Assembly: GCA_963829525.1 (NCBI GenBank)
Contig: CAWHIJ010000003.1
Span: forward strand, 928,001-992,000
DNA length: 64,000 nucleotides
Direction of reading: 5' to 3'
Source: an uncultured Actinomycetota bacterium
GTDB taxonomy: Bacteria > Actinomycetota > Actinomycetes > JAHEKZ01
A model generated the notes under the pieces. It was not told the DNA's origin. It ran no database searches and worked only from the letters and a program-made list of their open reading frames with translations. The position numbers and the translations under genes are program-made. Positions 57,570 through 64,000 of this stretch are shown piece by piece (position 1 is the first letter of the stretch; the number at the start of each line of letters is the position of its first letter).

Positions 57570-60015
57570 TGCGCAGTCCTTGGGGATCGTACGGCGCTCG
57601 TCGATGTAACGACGCGGTGCAGACGGCGCCTCCGATGTTGACCTCGTACGTCTCAGAGTCCAGGTAGTCAGTGGTCACGGCGCCTCCATCGCTCCGCCAG
57701 ATGTAGGCGAGCGCAACGCACGCACCGACGGTCTCTCCCCATGCGGCGGAGGTCACTTGTCCGACCGCCTCTCCGTTGCGAAGTACAAGTTCTCCACCCC
57801 ACATCATGACGTTGGGATCGTCTAGGACGATCGAGACCAGCTTCCGTCGTGGACCGGCGCGAGAAGCCTCCTCAAGCGCGGCTCTGCCGATGAATTCGAT
57901 GTCGGTGCGCAGCTTGCAGGCGAAGGTGAGACCTGCGTCGAGTGGTGTGTAGTCCGGCGTCAGGTCTGTGCCGAAGGCGCGGTATCCCTTCTCCAGCCGG
58001 AGGGAGTTGATCGAGTAGTAGCCGGCAGGAACCAGGCCGAAGCCCGTCCCGGCGCTCATAAGCATCTCGTAGACGTCCACCGCGAACTCCACGGGAACGT
58101 AGAGCTCCCATCCGAGCTCGCCGACGTACGTGATGCGGGTGGCACGGACTGTCGCCTGGCCGAGGTCCACCTCGCGGCTGGACGCGAACGGGAAGCCCCC
58201 GTCAGAGAAGTCAGATCGGGAAAGGGTCTGCAGCAGGTCGCGGGACCGCGGGCCCATTACCGCTAAGACGGCGTAGAGCGCGGAGACATCAACGGTGCTT
58301 ACTTGCTCTTCGGGGTCGGCATGACGCCGGAGCCAGTCGATGTCGCGGACAATGGATGCAGCCCCCGTAACGAGCAGGTACTCATCTTGTGCAATGCGGG
58401 TGACGGTGACGTCAGCCTCGTATCCGGCACGGTGGTTAAGCATCCCCGTGTACACCGCTCGTCCCACCGGAGTTGCCACGTCCGCCGTGCAGACGCGTTG
58501 CAGCAGCGATTCGGCGTCGCGTCCTTGGACCAGAACCTTGCCGAAGGAGGACTGGTCGAAGAGGGCCACGGCCTGGCGCGCCGCGCGCTGCTCCACGGCT
58601 GACCACTCGATCCAAGTTGGCTTGCCCCAGGTGTAGTCCAATGCGGGATTCGTATCCGCTGGCGCGAACACATTGGCCCGCTCCCACCCCATCTTTGAAC
58701 CGAAGACTGCACCTTGTGCTTCCAACAAGTGGTGAACCGATGATCGGCGAAAGGGTCGTGCCGTCGCGAGTTCGCGGTTGGGCCACGGGATCGCATAGTG
58801 CAGTCCCAGTACTTCGGCGACGCGGCCATGCAGCCACTGTCGATTCCCGTTGAAGGACGCGAAACGCCGGATGTCGACTGCTGTGAGGTCCGAGGTTGGC
58901 TCGCCGTTCACGATCCACTCGGCGAGAGCTCGACCCGCTCCGCCCGCCGATGCGATGCCGACCGAGTTGAACCCCGCGCCGACGAAGAAGTTTCTGAGCT
59001 CGGGAGCCTCGCCCAGAATGAACTGGTTGTCAGGGGTGAAGCTCTCCGGTCCGTTGTAGAACTTCTTGATTCCGGTCTCGCGCAACGCGGGGATCCGCAG
59101 CAGGGCATTCTCCATCAGAATCTCGAAGTGCTCCCAGTCCTCCTCGAGTAGCTGGAACTCAAAGGGGTAGGGGATCTGGTCTGGTGAAACCCACGGCTTT
59201 GCCTCTGGCTCGAAGCCACCCACGACCAAGCCGCCTACTTCTTCCTTCATGTAGGTGTAGCCATCGGGGTCTCGGAGGATCGGCAGGTCACGGTGCACTC
59301 CCTCGATCTGTTCGGTGACGACGTAGAAGTGCTCAGCGGAATGAAGGGGAACAGTGACGCCCGCCTGGGCCGCGATCGCGTTCGCCCACTGACCGCCGCA
59401 GTTGACGACGACCTCAGCCTCGATGTCGCCGCGGTCCGTCTGAACACCAGAGACCGATCCCTTGTCTGACAGGACTCCGAGCATTCGAACCCCCTCGGCG
59501 ATCGTGACACCGCGGTTTCGTGCGCCCTTTGCCAGCGACTGGGTGACATCGGTCGGGTTGGCTGTGCAGTCACCGGGAAGCCAGATCGCGCCCAGCAGAT
59601 CGTCTGTGGCCAGAATGGGATAGAGCTCTTTGGCGCGACCTGGCGTGATGAGCTCACACTCGAGGTCGTATGCCTCGGCCGCCGCCGCGGTGCGTTGCAG
59701 CTGCACCATACGGTCTGGTGTGCGGGCGACTGTGACGCCTCCACACCGCTTCAGGCCGGTGCCGAGGCCGGTCTCCTGCTCAAGGCGCTCATAGAGCGAG
59801 GCGGAGTACTGCACCAAGCGTGTGCCGCTCTCGGTCGCGCGTAACTGACCAACGAGGCCTGCGGCATGCCAGGTAGTACCGCCAGAGAGGCGTCCCTGCT
59901 CAATGAGGACAACGTCGGTGCAGCCGAGCTCGGCCAAGTGGTATGCGACGCTCGTGCCGACGATCCCTCCGCCGATGATGACAACCTGGACTCGAGCGGG
60001 CAGATCTTGGGTCAT
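57559..60015 (-). CDS. GcvT-family FAD-dependent oxidoreductase (dimethylglycine/sarcosine/4-methylaminobutanoate oxidase-like)
   Basis: IIGGGIVG, GTTWHAAG, NGPESFTPD, folate domain YVGELGWE, LRLEKGY. Confidence 0.9.
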   Translation of the reverse strand: MTQDLPARVQVVIIGGGIVGTSVAYHLAELGCTDVVLIEQGRLSGGTTWHAAGLVGQLRATESGTRLVQYSASLYERLEQETGLGTGLKRCGGVTVARTPDRMVQLQRTAAAAEAYDLECELITPGRAKELYPILATDDLLGAIWLPGDCTANPTDVTQSLAKGARNRGVTIAEGVRMLGVLSDKGSVSGVQTDRGDIEAEVVVNCGGQWANAIAAQAGVTVPLHSAEHFYVVTEQIEGVHRDLPILRDPDGYTYMKEEVGGLVVGGFEPEAKPWVSPDQIPYPFEFQLLEEDWEHFEILMENALLRIPALRETGIKKFYNGPESFTPDNQFILGEAPELRNFFVGAGFNSVGIASAGGAGRALAEWIVNGEPTSDLTAVDIRRFASFNGNRQWLHGRVAEVLGLHYAIPWPNRELATARPFRRSSVHHLLEAQGAVFGSKMGWERANVFAPADTNPALDYTWGKPTWIEWSAVEQRAARQAVALFDQSSFGKVLVQGRDAESLLQRVCTADVATPVGRAVYTGMLNHRAGYEADVTVTRIAQDEYLLVTGAASIVRDIDWLRRHADPEEQVSTVDVSALYAVLAVMGPRSRDLLQTLSRSDFSDGGFPFASSREVDLGQATVRATRITYVGELGWELYVPVEFAVDVYEMLMSAGTGFGLVPAGYYSINSLRLEKGYRAFGTDLTPDYTPLDAGLTFACKLRTDIEFIGRAALEEASRAGPRRKLVSIVLDDPNVMMWGGELVLRNGEAVGQVTSAAWGETVGACVALAYIWRSDGGAVTTDYLDSETYEVNIGGAVCTASLHRRAPYDPQGLRIRM

Positions 60016-60080
60016 CAAGGGCCCCCGTCGACGGAGTTATGGCGAGGAGCGTAGCCGCGAAAAGGTCTAGACGGAACAGG

Positions 60081-60899
60081 TCAGGGAGTTTCGTCGGTTC
60101 GCCGAACATCGACTCCGAGACCGGTGCGGAACGTGATGCGCACCTTGTCGGGGCGGAAGAGGTCGCGCGCGTACTCGACGGGCAGACCGGCGGCGGTAGA
60201 TGCGGTTCGTTCAATAGCCATGAGCGCGCTCGTCGCCTCGACTCCAAGCATCTCGGCCTCGGAGGCACCTGCGATTATCGGTTCGAGGTTCTCGGACGCG
60301 ACATACGGCGTCTGGCCGTAGTGGCGACGAAGCAGGTCGTACAGCGAACCGGTCAGTCGGTGGGTGAGAAGGTCAGGAAAGACCTCAGCCGGGAAGTACG
60401 ACCGTTCGAGTGCAAGTGGTTGACGACGCGCTGTACGCACTCGGACGATCTCGTGGACATCATCGCCTCGCGGGATTGACAGTGCGCCAGCCACAGCAGC
60501 GGTGGCGGGAAGGGTGAGGGCTGAGACCACACGTGCCCCCGCTCGGATGTTCGCTCGGCGCATCTGCTCGGTGAAGCCGGCCAGGCCGGTCAGGTCACAT
60601 TCGATACGTGGCTCGCTGACGTAGGTGCCTCCCGACCTTCCAGGTCTGCGGACAACGGTTCCCTGAGCTTCCATCGTCGACAGGGCCTGCCGCAGCGTCA
60701 TTCGGCTGACGCCGAGTGCGGCAGCGAGGTCGCCTTCCCGTGGAAGGCGGTCACCGCTGACAAGATCGCCGCGTCCAATAACGTCGATCAGCCAGCGTTC
60801 GATCTGTGCATGCAGCGGAGATCCCGCTGTGGCTGCAAACGCGGGTACCGACGCGAGCCATTGTGGTTCGGACTCTGCGTTTGCGTCGTTGGGGCTCAC
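60081..60899 (-). CDS. GntR family regulator (HutC/UTRA)
   Basis: LPREGDLAAALGVSRMTLRQAL HTH; UTRA ERSYF, SLYDLL, VEY. Confidence 0.9.
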   Translation of the reverse strand: MSPNDANAESEPQWLASVPAFAATAGSPLHAQIERWLIDVIGRGDLVSGDRLPREGDLAAALGVSRMTLRQALSTMEAQGTVVRRPGRSGGTYVSEPRIECDLTGLAGFTEQMRRANIRAGARVVSALTLPATAAVAGALSIPRGDDVHEIVRVRTARRQPLALERSYFPAEVFPDLLTHRLTGSLYDLLRRHYGQTPYVASENLEPIIAGASEAEMLGVEATSALMAIERTASTAAGLPVEYARDLFRPDKVRITFRTGLGVDVRRTDETP

Positions 60900-60919
60900 G
60901 AGTCTATATGCTAGGCCGC

Positions 60920-61612
60920 ATGACACCGGTAATCGGCGTTTCTTGCTATGGAGAGCCGGCGCAATGGGGTGCCTGGAGTACAGATGCAGTGCTGATCCAC
61001 CGTGAGTACGTGGCCGCCATCCAGGGGGTGGGAGCGGCCGCAATACTGGTTCCACCCGGTGTCACGGCAGAGACCGTGCGCTCGACCGTTGAGCGGGTCG
61101 ATGGGCTGGTCATCGCCGGTGGCCCCGACATCGACCCTGATCTCTATGGCGCCGTGGCGCATGCCACCACTGATCGGCCGCGCGCCGACCGTGACCAGAC
61201 TGAGCTGTTGCTCTATCGCACAGCGAGGGAACGCCAGATCCCCGTGCTCGGCATCTGTCGGGGAATGCAGATGATGGCGGTGGCCAGTGGAGGCTCCCTG
61301 GTGCAAGACCTGCCATCGGCCGGGTATGGCCTCCTGCACCGCGAAGCTCCCGGCGCATTTCTTGACCACGGAGCGACGTTCACGGACTCCTCCTTGGTGG
61401 CTCAGATCTTGGGTCGTGAGTTGGTTGTCAACTCGAGCCACCACCAGTGCGTTGACGATCCGGGGAGCCTCACGGTGACGGGCCGCGCTGAAGACGGAAC
61501 CATCGAGGTACTTGAAGATCCCGAAGCCGACTTCGTTCTAGGGGTGCAGTGGCATCCGGAGATGACTGACGACCGACGCCTCTTCGCGGCCCTCGTTGAC
61601 GCTGCTGGCTGA
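60920..61612 (+). CDS. Gamma-glutamyl-gamma-aminobutyrate hydrolase family (peptidase C26, PuuD-like)
   Basis: GGPDIDP, GICRGMQ, NSSHHQ, GVQWHPE. Confidence 0.9.
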   Translation: MTPVIGVSCYGEPAQWGAWSTDAVLIHREYVAAIQGVGAAAILVPPGVTAETVRSTVERVDGLVIAGGPDIDPDLYGAVAHATTDRPRADRDQTELLLYRTARERQIPVLGICRGMQMMAVASGGSLVQDLPSAGYGLLHREAPGAFLDHGATFTDSSLVAQILGRELVVNSSHHQCVDDPGSLTVTGRAEDGTIEVLEDPEADFVLGVQWHPEMTDDRRLFAALVDAAG

Positions 61613-61618
61613 TTCCGG

Positions 61619-62383
61619 CTACAGCGGGGTGACGTACGCCCCCGAGATTCCGCCGTCGACAAGGAAGTTGCTCGCGGTGATGAAGGATGAGTCGTCGCTG
61701 CCCAGGAACGCGACCGCCGCGGCGATCTCACTTGCTTCGGCGAATCGCCCAACAGGGATGTGGACCAGACGACGGGCCGCCCGCTCGGGATCTTTGGCAA
61801 AGAGCTCGATGAGCAGCGGGGTGTTCACCGGTCCGGGGGAGAGGGCGTTGACTCGGATTCCCTCGCGAGCAAACTGAACGCCGAGTTCGCGGCTCATCGC
61901 TAGCACTCCGCCCTTGGATGCGGTGTAGGAGATCTGCGAGGTGGCCGCTCCCATCGTCGCCACGAATGACGCCGTGTTGACGATCGAGCCTTTGCCTTGG
62001 CGCTGCATGTAGGGGATGACTTCCTTGCAGCAGAGGTAGACCGACGTCAGGTTGACACGCTGCACGCGCTCCCACGCCTCGATACCGGTGTCGAGGATGG
62101 AGTCGTCGTCGGGAGGGGAGATTCCGGCGTTGTGGAACGACACGTCGATCGACCCGTAGGTGTCGTGTGCTGTCTTGAACATCCGGGCGACGTCATCAGC
62201 GTTGGTGACGTCTGCCTGAACGGCAATGCCACCTACCTCGTCGGCAGCGGACTGACCGGCCTCGAGGTTCATGTCGACGATGACGACCTTGGCGCCCTCG
62301 GAGGCGAGCCGGAGGGCTGTTGCACGCCCGATGCCGCTTGCCCCTCCGGTGATGACGGCAGTGCGGTCGGTGAAGCGGTCCAC
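61619..62383 (-). CDS. Short-chain dehydrogenase/reductase
   Basis: TGGASGIG, NAG, YTASKGG, PGPVNT. Confidence 0.92.
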   Translation of the reverse strand: MDRFTDRTAVITGGASGIGRATALRLASEGAKVVIVDMNLEAGQSAADEVGGIAVQADVTNADDVARMFKTAHDTYGSIDVSFHNAGISPPDDDSILDTGIEAWERVQRVNLTSVYLCCKEVIPYMQRQGKGSIVNTASFVATMGAATSQISYTASKGGVLAMSRELGVQFAREGIRVNALSPGPVNTPLLIELFAKDPERAARRLVHIPVGRFAEASEIAAAVAFLGSDDSSFITASNFLVDGGISGAYVTPL

Positions 62384-62386
62384 AGT

Positions 62387-63754
62387 TCAGCCTTCCGTTG
62401 AGATGAACACGTTCTTGACCTCGGTGAAGGCCTCTAGCGCGTCGGGCCCGAGTTCTCGGCCAAGGCCGGACTTCTTGAAGCCGCCGAACGGCGTCCAGTA
62501 ACGCACCGAGGAGTGCGAGTTGACCGAAAGGTTTCCGGCATCGATGCCACGGCTGACCCGGAGTGCACGGCCGACGTCTCGGGTGAAGATGGAACCGGAC
62601 AGTCCGTACTCGCTGTCGTTGGCGATGCGGATGGCATCGGCCTCGTCATCGAACGGAACGACCGCCACAACGGGCCCGAAGATCTCCTCGTGCAAGACCG
62701 GGTCCTCCGCACTCTGCGGGAGGACAACAGTTGGTGGGTACCAGTACCCCGGCCCGTCTGGCACCGATCCCTTGATCACGACGTTGGTGGCATCTGTGAC
62801 GAAGGACGCAACGCGGTCACGTTGGCCGGCGCTGATGAGCGGACCCATCTGCGATGTCTCACGGCTTGGGTCCTCGACGCGAACGCCCTGCACCGCCGGT
62901 TCCAGCAGCTCAAGGAACGAGTCAAGCGCTGACCGCTCCACCAGGATTCGCGATCGCGCGCAGCAGTCCTGGCCCGCGTTGTCGAAGACGGCATAGGGCG
63001 CGGTCGCGGCAGCGGCTTTGAGATCAGCGTCGGCGAAGATGACGTTGGCGCTCTTGCCACCAAGCTCGAGCGTGACGGGTTTAACCTGTCGTGCGCAGCC
63101 TTCGGCAACCCTCGTCCCGACCTCGGTCGATCCGGTGAAGACCACCTTTGCAACGTCTGGGTGAGTGACGAAGCGCTCGCCAACAACGGACCCGCGTCCG
63201 GTGAGCACCTGGAACACGTGCTCGGGCAGGCCGGCCTCCAAGGCGAGCTCGCCGAGCCGCATCGCGGTCATCGGAGTGAGCTCGGCCGGCTTGAGAACCA
63301 CGGTGTTGCCGGCGGCGAGGGCGGGGGCAAAGCCCCAGCCGGCGATGGGCATGGGGAAGTTCCAGGGAACGATGACTCCGACGACACCCAGTGGTTCTCG
63401 GAAGGTGATGTCTACGCCGCCGGCTACTGGGATCTGGTGCCCCAGCAGCCGCTCAGGTGCGCCCGCGTAGTAGGCGAGGACGTCGCGCACATTGCCGGCT
63501 TCCCATCGAGCATTGCTGATGGTGTGTCCGGCGTTGGGAACTTCCAACTGGGCAAGCTCTTCGATGTGGTCATCGACGACCGCTGAGAACCGTCGCAGCA
63601 GTCGGGCGCGGTCTCCTGGCGCGACGTGTCTCCACGTGGCAAAGGCTCGCTTGCCCAAGGCGATGGCGTCGTCGGTCTCTTCGACCGAGAGCGACGGAAC
63701 CGAGGTGATGACCGTTTCGGTCACCGGGTTGATGACGTCGTGCATGGCACTCAC
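62387..63754 (-). CDS. Aldehyde dehydrogenase (gamma-glutamyl-aminoaldehyde type)
   Basis: PWNFP, FTGST, LELGGK, GQDCC, EEIFGP. Confidence 0.92.
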   Translation of the reverse strand: MSAMHDVINPVTETVITSVPSLSVEETDDAIALGKRAFATWRHVAPGDRARLLRRFSAVVDDHIEELAQLEVPNAGHTISNARWEAGNVRDVLAYYAGAPERLLGHQIPVAGGVDITFREPLGVVGVIVPWNFPMPIAGWGFAPALAAGNTVVLKPAELTPMTAMRLGELALEAGLPEHVFQVLTGRGSVVGERFVTHPDVAKVVFTGSTEVGTRVAEGCARQVKPVTLELGGKSANVIFADADLKAAAATAPYAVFDNAGQDCCARSRILVERSALDSFLELLEPAVQGVRVEDPSRETSQMGPLISAGQRDRVASFVTDATNVVIKGSVPDGPGYWYPPTVVLPQSAEDPVLHEEIFGPVVAVVPFDDEADAIRIANDSEYGLSGSIFTRDVGRALRVSRGIDAGNLSVNSHSSVRYWTPFGGFKKSGLGRELGPDALEAFTEVKNVFISTEG

Positions 63755-63999
63755 ATTCGCTCGAAGCTGCGGATTCGCTCCCAGTCGGTGACTGAGCGAT
63801 CAAAGGCGTCGACCTCGATGCGACCCATGTTGGCGTAGTGCGCCTGCACGTCCTCGCCGAAGGTCTCGGCCACCCACTCCGAGCGCTCCCAGAGCTCGAC
63901 AGCGTCCACCAGTCGCCAAGGAGCGCGCTCGCCCCCGGCCTGGTACGCGTTACCTGCAAACTCGTCGCGCAGCTCGAGCTTGTTCTCGATGCCAGACAG
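63751..63999 (-). CDS. Glutamine synthetase-like gamma-glutamylamine ligase (GlnA4/PuuA-like), C-terminal part only
   Basis: Translation LSGIENKLEL..FAGNAY...TFGEDVQAHY...VTDWERIRSFERM*; runs off the window edge. Confidence 0.8.
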   Translation of the reverse strand: MSGIENKLELRDEFAGNAYQAGGERAPWRLVDAVELWERSEWVAETFGEDVQAHYANMGRIEVDAFDRSVTDWERIRSFERM

Positions 64000-64000
64000 G

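Overview
High-GC actinobacterial chromosome segment with four parts. (1) 1-3.85 kb: the end of a cobalamin methyl-transfer operon (corrinoid protein, MetF-like reductase, RACE/ASKHA reactivase, DUF1638). (2) 3.8-39.1 kb: a conserved actinobacterial core block whose order resembles M. tuberculosis Rv3213c-Rv3193c-metU (ParA-like, DEAD helicase, MiaE-like, DUF3107, TetR, moeZ, adnAB, nudC, mrx1, uvrD2, whiB7, ABC1 kinase, zincin, Lon-PDZ, UPF0182, initiator tRNA-Met). (3) 39.2-57.5 kb: an accessory patchwork downstream of the tRNA with no visible integrase. It holds gene remnants (dtd, TMEM175), TetR/cupin and LuxR modules, an MFS transporter, a second DEAD helicase, a tyrosinase with no adjacent caddie gene, and an ApbE/FMN-binding/ferric-reductase flavinylation module. 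(4) 57.5-64 kb: a gamma-glutamylation amine-catabolism cluster next to a GcvT-family flavoprotein. Notable non-coding signals are a complete whiB7 promoter-uORF-attenuator, a helically phased DnaA-box-like array with a long hairpin between a tiny Zn-ribbon gene and a YgjP-like gene, and a candidate structured sRNA at about 11.9 kb. adnB is split by a +1 frameshift. No CRISPR, rRNA, transposase or integrase was seen. All product calls come from motif recognition by eye, not database searches.
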